Source: the human T2T-CHM13v2.0 reference genome, Homo sapiens. Taken from it: a stretch of 64,000 nt of DNA. The position numbers and the translations under genes were made by a program. Location of the stretch: assembly GCF_009914755.1 (NCBI RefSeq), contig NC_060933.1. One strand, 5' to 3'. The notes under the pieces were generated by a model. That model saw nothing but the letters and a program-made list of their open reading frames with translations, had not been told where the DNA came from and made no database searches. How positions within the stretch are numbered: position 1 is the first letter of the stretch; the number at the start of each line of letters is the position of its first letter. Shown here one piece after another: positions 31,011-43,640 of this stretch.

Positions 31011-32694
31011 CATTTTTTGCCTCTTTCTTGAGAAGAAATGCATTATAATGAGGGAGAACGATTAATGTAATACATTTTCTGCAATGTATTTATTGCTGGG
31101 GTAAACTGGTAGAACTCTTAAATTCCTATAATTATAGTCTGAAAGAGAAGGTGGGACTGCAAAATCCTGAGCTGGGCCCCACATGTGAACCAAGTTTCAC
31201 CTATATGTGAAACTTGTACGTGTAGGGGAGATATTCTTCATCCCAGTAAAATGAACAGTTGTCTGTTAAATTCAATTGAGTAAACCATTTTTGAGCACCA
31301 AGTACATGGCAGGACTCTCCTAGACACTAGATACAGAGATGCGAAAGGTACAGCTCTGTACTTGTTTAGGAATAAGAGTTGACCCCTGAGGAAGAGTCTC
31401 AAACCACTGTGGACATGAATGTTCCTCCTCATTTCACAATCCCTTTATCTGTACATTGGGATAATAATACTTAACCTCAGTGGCTTGTGGTGAGAATTAA
31501 GTCAGTGTTTACAGAGCACTAGCCAAGGGTGCTATTCAAAATATTTAACAATCCATATAAACTGGCACCAATCAATCAGAAGAAATCCTGGTTTGGACAA
31601 AATGGAGGCAGTCGGTAAAGAACTGTTCTCCGACCTGATGCCTTCTGGCCAAGTACTTTGTGCCCTTGTGTAATATAGGTACTGACGATCATTAGTTTTT
31701 CTTTCTTTATTCCTTTTGATTTCCTCAGGTAAAATAAAATATCCTCAAACTCATATTTGCTTTTGAATGAAATTATTTTGCATTCACAGTATTTGGAGAA
31801 AGCAACCTCAGAGATATGGTTTGTGATCAAACACTCTTCCTTTCATTTTTACCCAATAGGAGTCATTGGGCCTCTTCAACTGTTCTTCCATTTATTTCCT
31901 TTGTGTCCAACTCCTATTTTTTTCTACTGCCAACAGTCACAGCAGCTTGTTAGGAGAAAAATTACATCATATATTTACTCCTAAAAATTGGCAGTGAATA
32001 TAGGAACCATGTGGGAGGTGGGGATGGGACATGGGCCTAGTCATATAAATATAGTAAATGAAAAATAAAAAAACCCAAAACCCTATTTTCTGGTAGCAAG
32101 CTTTAGGTTTTTGATTACCATTTAAACTGTTAAATTTTACCTAATTTACTAAAGTAAAAATAAATAAAAAGGATTATTACAGAAGTTGAATAACAACTAC
32201 AAGTATAAAAAACACTCATCGATTACTGTAGATTTTTTTTAGGTGATTATGGTTAAGTAACTACAGTTCAATAACAACAACTTGGAAATATGTTAACATT
32301 TGCTCTTCAAATTGAGAAGATAAATACTTTACACTACAGGAATAAACCATCTGAGCTGCTCAAATCTCATATCGCCTTTGAGTTCCAATAAGATTCCTGC
32401 ATCCTGCTGCCATCTGAAAAACTTCTTTTTGGAAACATAGGAAATGTGGAGTCAGGAATGGGAATATTAGGTGGTGCAATAAGGAATGAGAGTTTTCTGT
32501 AAGTTCATGTCAAAGAATGCCATTCAAATGCCCACTGCATAATATGGCTTTTATTGTACTCAACATGCTGCTTTGCCTCTGGTAAGTGCTTAATACACAT
32601 TGAGGGAATGAGCAGGGACAGAATGAATGCTTCATAGACACCAGAGGTAAAGTGATATCTTTGGAAAGAATATTTACTCTGGAACCTGAATGTC

Positions 32695-32987
32695 CATCAA
32701 AGGTGCACTTGTTGGCTAATGTTGAGGATACCAGTGTCAGCATCTACTGGGCATGATGAAACCAAGTCTCAGAGAAGCTAAGCAATATGCACAAGCTTAT
32801 AGTCCTTACTAGATAAATGTAGGGCAGAACCCTTTGCCTTGCTGCCTTCTGTTCTCATAAGCCAACATTTTTAACAAAATGATTCTCTTGGGTTTGGTTT
32901 TTAAAAAAATTTTACTAGATTTTCATCATTAGAGTCAGTCATGAGTTCCTGGTTACTGAGCTAGAAGATAATCAGAATGACAGGCAT
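32695..32987 (+). repeat. Local duplicon, mosaic copy (26333-26388 + 28743-28802 + 26384-26546)
   Basis: Direct alignment to both donors; GGGCA flanks the inner piece at 32749-32753 and 32822-32826. Confidence 0.93.
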
Positions 32988-33019
32988 GTGGTGTCTATGA
33001 AGCATTCATTCAACACAGG

Positions 33020-33200
33020 TTGAAAATCTCCAATTCCATTAGTTACTATCTAAGTGAATATGGGAAAATATTTTAAACTTTGATCCTCAGTGTCCTTATA
33101 TGTAGCATGAGAAAAATAACATATTTGCAGAATTGGTATAAAGTTTAGAGACAGTGTGTATGTAGTGACTGGTCAGAGTAGAGTCATAAGTAATAATAAC
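33020..33200 (+). mobile_element. MIR SINE fragment
   Basis: GATCCTCAGTGTCCTTATATGTAGCATGAGAAAAATAAC. Confidence 0.55.
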
Positions 33201-33614
33201 TATCATATTTATTTGCTGTTTATAAATAATATAAAAGTCTAGGAACTACGAAATTGTGGGACTTTAAAAATAACAACGACAACAAACAAACTTCTCCTTA
33301 TGGTATCCTCAACATAAATGTAAATGAGCACATTCAACAGTTGTGACATAAGAGAGGTAAAATTAGGAAAATATCTCCAAATAAACATTTTTTAAATGAA
33401 GGCTTTACTTCTCTTTGAAGTTTTTGTCGAGCAATGTTGATTTCCACAGTATTTCAATTTTTAGCATAAATAGCAACGCTTTGATCTTGGTAGGAGGCGT
33501 CCTCTCTGAGTTCTTGTACAATATGCAGGTAAATACCAATCTAAATATTTCACATTTCATCTACCTTCTCATGAAGCTTTACTGGATCAAACACTGTAGG
33601 AAAGCTCATTTTTT

Positions 33615-33660
33615 AAAAACTCTGATCCAGCCAAATTAAAAACTCTGATCCAGCCAAATT
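33615..33660. repeat. Perfect 23-bp tandem duplication
   Basis: AAAAACTCTGATCCAGCCAAATT x2. Confidence 0.97.
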
Positions 33661-34472
33661 CTCTGGAGGCAAAAGAATGCTTTAGTTTGTCAATATAACA
33701 TCTAAGGTGGAAGTAAGGCGGAGTAGAACAATAATTACCTTCTTTCAGGAGGGCTTTATTTATAGCCTCCTTTTTTTCTGTCACTATTAGATAAATTCTA
33801 TGCAAGAATGTTCTCCAAGGTTTCTCTCTGTTCTTACCCTTCGGCTTCCAGGGCCAGAGGTCTTGCATTGGCTCTGCTTTGCTCTCTGTTCTCCTGGCCA
33901 TCCTCAGACCCAGAGCCACAGGTAAGGTAGGCTGCTTCTTAGCCTTTCTCTTTTCTCCAGCAGACTCGGGGCCCAAATTGGGACCTTTGTGAGAGAAAAT
34001 AAAAACCACCTTCAGAAAGGTGGGGAATCAGCAGGATTGGGAAATGGAATAAAAGAAGAAGAGTCACATGACCATTGCAGTCTACGCATTGAGGTGGGTG
34101 CACCGAGGAAACATGCGTGTGTTTGCTGCCATACCCTTCTCCCCCAACACCCATCAAATGCAGCTCCAGATGTCTTTAATTTCTGTAATTATTTCTGTAA
34201 TTGTTTATTGTGGTCGGGTCAAATTGTGTATAGCATACGTTCTTTGGCCACCAGCATCAGTTAAATAATATTACTAATAGTCAATTTGCTCACTATGTGC
34301 CTGAATATATGCTAAATACGTTAGTCACTGAAGTTACTCCTCTCACTGACTCTTCAAAGTGGGTATTATCGACATCTTACAGAAAAGAGGAGCATATGCC
34401 CAGATTTCAATCCAGATAGTTTGACAAGAGAGCCATAGCTCTAAGTCACTCTACTGTATTCCTCTTTAGTTA

Positions 34473-34837
<365 letters not shown>

Positions 34838-36625
34838 CTAACGAGATGCACACATCATACATGATAAGTCTGAGCTGTACTTGGTGCCTGCCCTCAGCAA
34901 AATTTCCTTTGCACAAAAATTGGGTCACAGGAAAACAATCAGACCTTCCTGACTGATCTTCCTGCTTCTATTCTCAATACTCATTCTAGCTCATTCTGAA
35001 TATGGCCACTGATTGATCATGTTACAGCTTGTTTTAAAAACTCCTTGGAAAAAAATGCAAAACAAATCAAAATCAAAAGCCTCCTCCATCATTAAATTCT
35101 TCTGTAAGGTCCCTTTGCATTGGAAGTATTTTAATTGTCTTGAGCGAATCTAAGGTCTACATTGTAAATGTGTGTTTGTCAACTTAAAGTCAGGGAGGCC
35201 AATGACATGTTTCCTCACATACATTGAGTGCAGAAAGAGCACTGTGCTCCATATAGTATAGTTGCCAATTCTGGGAAGTTAAAGATAAAACTGAATATTT
35301 TATTTTATATAAAAATCAGAAAATTCAATTACCAGTATGTTGAATTTCCTTGTTTATTTCAGCTGATTAACAGAGCTGACAGTATCACTCAGATTCAATT
35401 TGTTGAATATTGGCTTGTGTAAATCTACAGTCTACATGCAATATTAACTGAATCTGAGCATCTTTTACAATTGTTTCAAATGTATACACGTTATTTCCCC
35501 CAAGACAATATTACAGATAGTGAATTTTTATAAACTGGTGTGGAAACATTATATTTTTCCACCATGTTTTAAGTGTTTATGGAACAATATATGTGTATTA
35601 TTAATACTTTATGAAGTAAGCCATAGGTAAATTTACTAAGTTCTTGATGCCTGATGTTGCAGCATTTGAGAGAGGACCTTCTTCATTCCTAATAAACTAA
35701 AAACAGTATATATTTTTGGTCTAATTGGCATAGATCAAGGTAAATTACATGGCATATATTACCAATTAAGTGTATACTGTAAGCATAGTTATTAAAAAAT
35801 AAACTTTTTAAAGCAGTCACTAAAATGCTTTTTCTTCTTCAACTTTTCCCTTCTCCTGCAAACCTGTACCAGTTTAGCATCAAAGTTTAATACTGCCATT
35901 TAGGATTACTGGTAATCAGTTTCTATCTATCCTCCCAGTCCCTTTCTCTAGCACTCCCATCTATAAATCCTGCCCTCCAACCAAACTGGATACTTCATTT
36001 TTCTCCAGGATGGTCATTGTATTTCCTTCTCTGTGTGTATCTGTGGATGTTTTGCCTTTTTCTCTCAACCAGATGGATCCTTTCTTTTCTTCAGGATTCC
36101 ATTCAAATCCCATTTTCTCCCCTGAACTGATCAAGACTTTATTCCCTTCCATTTAATATAGACAAAATCAGATACATCCACAGTGTAGCTTAGACTTATT
36201 GTTTATATAATTTACCAAATACTTAAATTTATATTGTCTCACAGAAGACAGTGAGGAGTAAGCCAAAAAGTCAAATAACTGAAAGGGAGGTCTTCCTTAC
36301 CCCTCCATAGTCCCTGAAGACATTACTAACCAACCTCTCCCATACTCTTTGCTGAGCCAAGACACCATGCGGACTTCTCAAGGTGGCCTTCCACTACCAA
36401 TCAGAGTGGGTGCAGATGATGGAGTGGTCAAATCAGAATCTGGAAGCATCTGTTCTGCTTCTGGCTGCATCTCTTAAGAGCTGTGTGAATGGAAGCTTCT
36501 ATTTCTTTATTTGAAATGGGATAATGCATACGAAAGCATATGAAACATTTTTTGAAATTAGATATTATAAATAGGCCATGTAATATGGTCTTAAACTATT
36601 ATTTCAGTCTTCTATTGAGATAGAG

Positions 36626-37409
<784 letters not shown>

Positions 37410-39704
37410 TTATTAGTGTTTGCATATAATAAGAACTTAATTTCTATTTTTTAAATGAATTGTGTATTAAAAAAAAAGACTGATTCCTCAACATATTTAA
37501 CATATGTATTTATTCAAAAATTTTGTTGAGTGCACACAATTTGCCACCTACTCTGTTAAGCTAAGATAGGAGGAAAAACATCATATGGGTTAATATTTAA
37601 TCACCAAATCTTCAAAAGCAACTGCTCAAAAAAGTCTGATCAATTATTTGTGAGTTCCTTATAAGTCCTCTGCCCATCTTTGCAACTAATAAAGGCAGTA
37701 GCCAGGAAGCTCTGTTTTACCTTCACTCTTTCATTTTGTTCAACTTCACCAAAGGTGACAAAACAGCAAGTACTGGTTTACAGTTACATTCCCATTTTCT
37801 TCAACTCCTTACTTTTTCTGATTTCCTCCATTTTCTGATTCCCTTACACCATTGCTCAGCACAGGGGACCTTAACGCAAGCAGCTCCCCTCCATGGCAGA
37901 CTTTCAGATATACTACTAGGCCTGGAGTGGGAAGGGCCACTGCTACTGAAACTGTCCATGGCTAGGAGATCTGCTCATCTACCATGCCAATGCCCACAAA
38001 CTCCCTCAGAAGCAGGTCCTGCTATTCATGCTCTGTGAGTGATGAAACTGAGGTTCCAAGAGATTACTTATCTTGCTCAGAATCATTTCACTAGTATGGA
38101 TTACAGCTGGCAAAACTCTTATTTTTCCCCATCATAAGACTTTGATTTTTCCTCCTTCATATAACAGAAGAATGTCTTGCTCCAATTTTTGAAGTATGGC
38201 AGTCAGGAGAACCTTTCAAAAGTGAAGGAGTAGAGGTAGATGGTATATTATATTGAAATCTGACTTTCAAATAAAATTGCCTTAACAGTTTGTATTTGAC
38301 TTTCTCCTCATTTAAACATAATAGAAGGCTGAATAGTCATGTTTTGATGTTTGAAGGCAAGTAACCACAGGATTTGAATTTCTCTTAAAGAGGTGGGTTA
38401 CAACCTGCAGTTGAGCATGTAAACTATGAACCCAGTTGAAAGTCAACTCTAACGAGATTTTCTCCTCCTTCTCCTCCTTCTTTTCCTTTTAATTTTATGT
38501 AAACATTTATATTACTGAGGTAAACCATAATATTGTTTACTTCATGGTGCAGGAATACCACACATGCAGCACAAAGTATAAGAAAAATGTTACTCCTGGG
38601 ATTTCAAGCTCAGGTTAAAAAATAAGACAACAGTCTCATTAATATAGTGGGGAAGGGACAGATGCTGCTGAAAGTTATGACTCTGGAAAGCCAGATTCAT
38701 TTTTCAAGAGCCTTCTACAGCTAAACACAGATATTTAAGAACAAAAGATGCAGTAAAAGATTTTTTAGGAGTCTATCATTTGGAAATATGGGGCTGGTGG
38801 AACCATAGCCACTGTGATATGAACTCAATTGAAATAAAGCACAGGAAAATTAAATAAACAAAGCAATCAAACCCAAATAATATCATGTTGGCCCAGATTT
38901 GCATTCTGAAAACACCAGAATTTTCTACTTCCTGAGGGATATATCCCCAAAAAATCTGTAAGAGAACAAAAATAATGTGACAAGTAAATTTTCAGAAAAA
39001 AGAGAGAACAGAAACTGCAGCTAAAATACCAGTTGGGATATGATTCTCTGACCAGAGATTTTTATGAGAAGGAGGGCAGAAACCAATAGAAATGACTAAG
39101 TTCACCCTTTACTGGATTTTTATATAAAGTGGCTATTTACACAGTAGGCCAATACACAGGTGCCAAGAGAATGTAGACCAAGAAAGAAACAATGGAGTAG
39201 AGAGCTAGGTCCCAACACATCCATGCCAAAAGCCTACTGAAGGTCTTCTGCTTTCTGGGTAAGACATTCTGCTGGTAGGCACAAAAGGGCCTGTATAAGC
39301 GATAGTCAGAGAAGACACCAAGCCTCCATTTAAGGGAGCAAATATGGCTCTGTTTTGCCCACTGTGTATTCTAAGGAGAATGAGGCTTTGTGTTATGGAG
39401 CCAAGAAAAGGAAAAGTCCAAATGATTAAAAACACAGAAGCAATTTTAAGTTTCAAATAGAACTCAATGCTGGAGAAAAAAAGTCAAGCATCATCAGAGA
39501 GGTCTAATTAATAACAGGTCAATTCCCTTTCTCTGTATGTTTTTCCCTTCTGTGGAACAAAAATGATCTGTTAATTTTATTCCAGAACAGAGAGAACCTC
39601 TGTGAATTTCGTAGACATTGCTACGCATTTAAAAGGATAAAGTAAATAATTTTTCTGTGATTTTTCGTTCTGGATAAATGTACAGTTGTTTAGTTAGGCC
39701 AATC

Positions 39705-39925
39705 TAGGTAATAATAACAATGAAATATAGGGATGTACAAAGTGTTCTAGCATTTAATTCTCATCACTACCCTACACAATGGTGGAGAAAATATTGCTAT
39801 TATAATTTATAATAAGGAAACGGAGGCTCCCAGAGGTCAATTTACTTGCTCAGAGTCACATGGAAGTAAGTAGTGACTGTGGTTAGGATCCAGACCTTTT
39901 GTGTCCATGTCCAGCTAGATCACAT
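39705..39925 (-). mobile_element. MIR SINE
   Basis: CATTTAATTCTCATCACTACCC...AAGGAAACGGAGGCTCCCAGAGGTCAATTTACTTGCTCAGAGTCACA. Confidence 0.7.
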
Positions 39926-40468
39926 TGTCTTTCTTAGACCAGTGAGAAAACTCATTGAAATGATACAGGAAGGTTCATTGTTGGCCTTTCAGTGTTTTGT
40001 TAATACATTTTGGTACCATGGGATGAATTAATTTAACAGAGTTGTCTATTTTTTCAAACATTATTAAAAAATGGACCTGAAGGATGATTATGAAAGCCTT
40101 TTCCTTACAGGTCCTGAATTACAAATGTTACATTTGAGAGATTACAGAATTATCTCCTTACGATAATAAATAGTTTGCATATTTAAAATTATAATGTGCA
40201 TAATCCTCATTTGTGGTAAATTGAACCTGAAGAAAAATTATACAGTAAGGATTGAGAATCATTTGAAAGTCAAAGGGGATGGTTCAATGAGGAGAAAAAA
40301 ATGCAATATGTAGTCACTACTAAAAGCTTATATCCAAAGAATGTTTATACCATTAAAGTGCCAAAAATATAATGCTAATGGGAAAAAACTACATATACAG
40401 CATAATCCCAATTTTGTTTAAATAAATACCTCATAGCTCTGTGTATGTACGTTTGTGCATATGTAAGT

Positions 40469-40494
40469 TGTGTGTGTGTGTGTGTGTGTGTGTG
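40469..40494. repeat. (TG)13 microsatellite
   Basis: Read directly. Confidence 0.95.
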
Positions 40495-40599
40495 AATATA
40501 CAATTGGAAGGAAATATTGGAACCCACAATATCTTAATAGTGTGTGCTTTTGCTCTATGATGGGAGACAGTTGATTTATGAATGATTTGGGGAACTATG

Positions 40600-40825
40600 C
40601 TGGCATAGTAGTTATGCTGTGGAGTGAATGACTGACTTTGACTCTGAAGTCCATCACTTATTGTGTTCCCTTACATACACTTTGGCTTCATTGTTTCATG
40701 TGAAATGGGACTAATATTAGGATCTACCTCCTGGACTGCTGCCAAAATTAAAGAGGATAAATATTAAAATATATCAAACAGTATGGTCATTGCACATAGT
40801 AATTCTTCAAATATGGCAGCTGTTA
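40600..40825 (+). mobile_element. MIR SINE
   Basis: TGTGAAATGGGACTAATATTAGGATCTACCTCCTGGACTGCTGCCAAAATTAAAGAGGATAA. Confidence 0.6.
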
Positions 40826-41033
40826 ATTGAATTTTCTTCTTTTATACTTTTCTGAACTGTTCAAATTTTCTAAAAAATATTGTTAATGTTTTGTAATCAG
40901 AAAATAGAAATAAATCCACAAAAGTATTTAAAAGCGACAGAATTAATTTAGCTAAATTTTTAAGCAGTGAGTTGGTAAGAGGAAGTGTGGTAAGGCAAAC
41001 TTTTTAGTTTGCCACATTTTAGTCTTTTTAATT

Positions 41034-41329
41034 TAACTTAATTTTTTTTATTTATTTAATGTTTTGAGAAAGGGTCTCACTCTGTCAATCATACTGCAGT
41101 GCAGTGGTGCACTCTTGGCTCACTACAGCCTCAACCTCTTGGGCTCAAGCTATCCTCCCACCTCAGCCTCCTGAGTAGCCAACACGCCTGGCTAATTTTT
41201 GTATTTTTTGTGGAGAAGAGGTTTTAACCACGTTGCCCAGACTAGTCTGGAACCCCTGAGCACAAGGGATCCTCTTGCCCCGGCCTCCCAGAATGTTGGG
41301 ATTACAGGCATGAGCCACCATTCCAAGCC
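41034..41329 (-). mobile_element. AluJ with ~20-bp internal deletion
   Basis: J-type GGGCTCAAGCTATCCTCCCACCTCAGCC; GAGTAGC joined directly to CAACACGCC. Confidence 0.92.
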
Positions 41330-41766
41330 TTATTCTATTTTAATTCTAACAATAATTTGGTAAGATAAGGTATGTTCCCTGTCTGCTTTTATAAATGAGG
41401 CTTCGATCCTGGACCAGTCTCTCACTGGTAGTTAAGGGTTAAGAAATGAAATTCCAACTGGGTCTTGCTGTTTCCAAATCTAAACATGTATCTATGGTCT
41501 CCACTTTTCTTACCTACCCTTCCTCAAAGGCATGATCCCTATTCCCTGTGTCCCTACCTTTCTAGGTAGTTGAGTAAGAAAAATAAACCTCTGAAATCAC
41601 TAGCAAAAGAATGAAGCAGCAAAAAGGCATGATGGGAATTCAGAGAAATGGTCAGAGTATCCCGGGGTAGTCAGAACAGGGAGGAAGCAGAAATTGTGTT
41701 GGGCCCTGAGGAATCAATATTGATAACACAGGTTAAAGGGATATGTCCATAAGAGCATGCGACTAA

Positions 41767-42064
41767 AAGGCAAGAACCCCGGGATACAGAAAGCACTCTG
41801 TCCTTGTGATAAGGCAGGAGTCTAATTGAGCTGATAAACACACGCCACCTGTGGGCAGCTGAACTAAAAGAGGACAAGGTGATACACTCCCACTGGGGCC
41901 TCAGGAGCTGTAAACATTCACTCCTAGACACTGCCGTGGGGTCAGAGCCCCACAACCTGTCTTTCTGCTTCCACTAGGGGTTTTGAGCAGTGGGGCGCTG
42001 AAGAAGTGAACCACACCCCCATCACATGCCCTGAGATGGGGACAAGGGAACTTTTTCTGTTTCA
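41767..42064 (+). mobile_element. ERV1 LTR 3' part (LTR1-family-like), 5' part missing
   Basis: AAGGCAAGAACCCCGGGATACAGAAAG...GGAGCTGTAAACATTCAC...GGACAAGGGAACTTTTTCTGTTTCA terminus; family name from recall. Confidence 0.75.
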
Positions 42065-42699
42065 GTAGTTGAAGAGCACACAGAAGGGATCTACTTAGCA
42101 AGATCAAGGAAGATTTCCACAAGGAAGTGCGGACCGAGCTAAGATATGATGAAGGAACAGGAATTAAATACATAACAGAGTGTGAGGGCAGGAGGCAAGC
42201 ATAAGGGTCAGGCTTCCAAAAAGGTCAGTCTGATTACAGCAGACGGAGCAAGAATCAGGGTTAAAGCAGAAGAGACTTCAAGGAAGGAAGGAGGCAGATC
42301 ATGCAGATCTTTTACAAAAATCCGTGGTCACAAATTTTCACCCAGCTCTGTGAGTTAGACAATATTCTCACTTTGTAGAATAGCAAGATGAAGCTCAAAA
42401 CTGAGAAACTGGACTATGGTCACAGAGCCGGTAGGTGCTGGAGGTGGGGTTGGAATAAGATCTATCTACACACTTTAGGGCCTGGATTTTGAAACGATTG
42501 AATCTTCCAGTGTTTCACAATCTGACATTGATGCATTGTCCAATAGATGTTCCCTGTGGGTGACCCATTAGGGACAACTTTATTCCCTGGGCTCTTTGCT
42601 CGCCTGTAAACAGTGTACCAAAGGGAGGATACCCTGCTGTGCTCTGCCAGATAAAAATTATGTCTGCTTCACCTATCAAAGTTGAATCCTTCCTTCCTT

Positions 42700-42834
42700 T
42701 TTTTTTTATAATTTTTTTAAAAATTTTATTATTATTATACTTTAAGTTTTAGGTGCACAATGTGCAGGTTTGTTACATATGTATACATGTGCCATGTTGG
42801 TGTGCTGCACCCATTGCCTCGTCATTTAGCATTA
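42700..42834 (-). mobile_element. 135-bp young L1PA (PA2-PA4-like) 3' tip inserted in an Alu tail
   Basis: TTATTATACTTTAAGTTTTAGG...GTCATTTAGCATTA; flanked by CCTTCCTTCCTT at 42688-42699 and 42835-42846. Confidence 0.9.
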
Positions 42835-43234
42835 CCTTCCTTCCTTCCTTCCTTCCTTTCTCTCTCTTTCTTTTCTTTCTTTCTCTTTCTTTCTTTCTTT
42901 CTTTTCTCTTTCTTTCTTTCTTTTTCTTTCTTTTTTTTTTTTAAGACAGAATCTCATTCTGTCACCCAGGCTGGAGTGCAGTGGCAGAATCTTGGCTCAC
43001 TGCAACCTCTGCCTCCCAGGTTCAAGGCTCTCGTGCCTCAGCCTCCTGAGTAGCTTAGGACTGCAGGTGTGCACCACCTTGCCTGGCTATTTTTTTTTTT
43101 TTTTTTGTATTTTTAGTAGAGACGGGGTTTTGCCATGTTGGCCAGGCTTGTCGTGAACTCCTGGCCTCAAGTGATCTGCCCACCTCGGCCTCCCAAACTT
43201 CTGGGATTACAGGCACGAGCCACTGCATCCAGTC
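42835..43234 (-). mobile_element. Alu (Sz/Jb-like) with (CCTT)/(CTTT) microsatellite tail
   Basis: Alu body 42942-43234; TSD TTGAATCCTT at 42682-42691 and 43235-43244. Confidence 0.93.
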
Positions 43235-43399
43235 TTGAATCCTTATTTCAAATAGTGTCTACTTTTCAGTTTTCTGATCAAAGTCATCAGTATTCAGAGC
43301 TTCGCTGGATTACTATGGTGCATATTTTTCCCCAGGAAATAAAATAATCAGTTACATTGTTCCATTCCCATAAGACCTTCTCTTGTTTATTGAGCAGGA

Positions 43400-43640
43400 A
43401 TAGCAACATTGGATGTTTATTATGTACCAGGCATTCTGCTAAAGCATGTTATATATATATTATCTCAAGGCAACCTCAACCACCCAATGAGGTAGAGGTG
43501 TCCCATTATTCCCTTTTTACAAATGAGGAAATTGAGCATCACTGAGTTTAAGTGGTTTGCCTTAGTCACTCAGTTTATAAATGACAGAGGTAAGGTTTGA
43601 ATCCAGAAGACCTGTCTGACGCCAAAGCTACAGTTTTAAC
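43400..43640 (-). mobile_element. Near full-length MIR
   Basis: TATGTACCAGGCATTCTGCTAAAGC...CCCTTTTTACAAATGAGGAAATTGAG...GGTTTGAATCCAG...TGTCTGACGCCAAAGC. Confidence 0.85.

Noticed and set aside
33615-33660. 23-bp direct repeat as a possible CRISPR-like unit
   Set aside because: Two adjacent copies, no spacers, eukaryotic context
33587-34009. 140-aa minus-strand ORF
   Set aside because: No known homology; spans the tandem duplication; low-complexity composition
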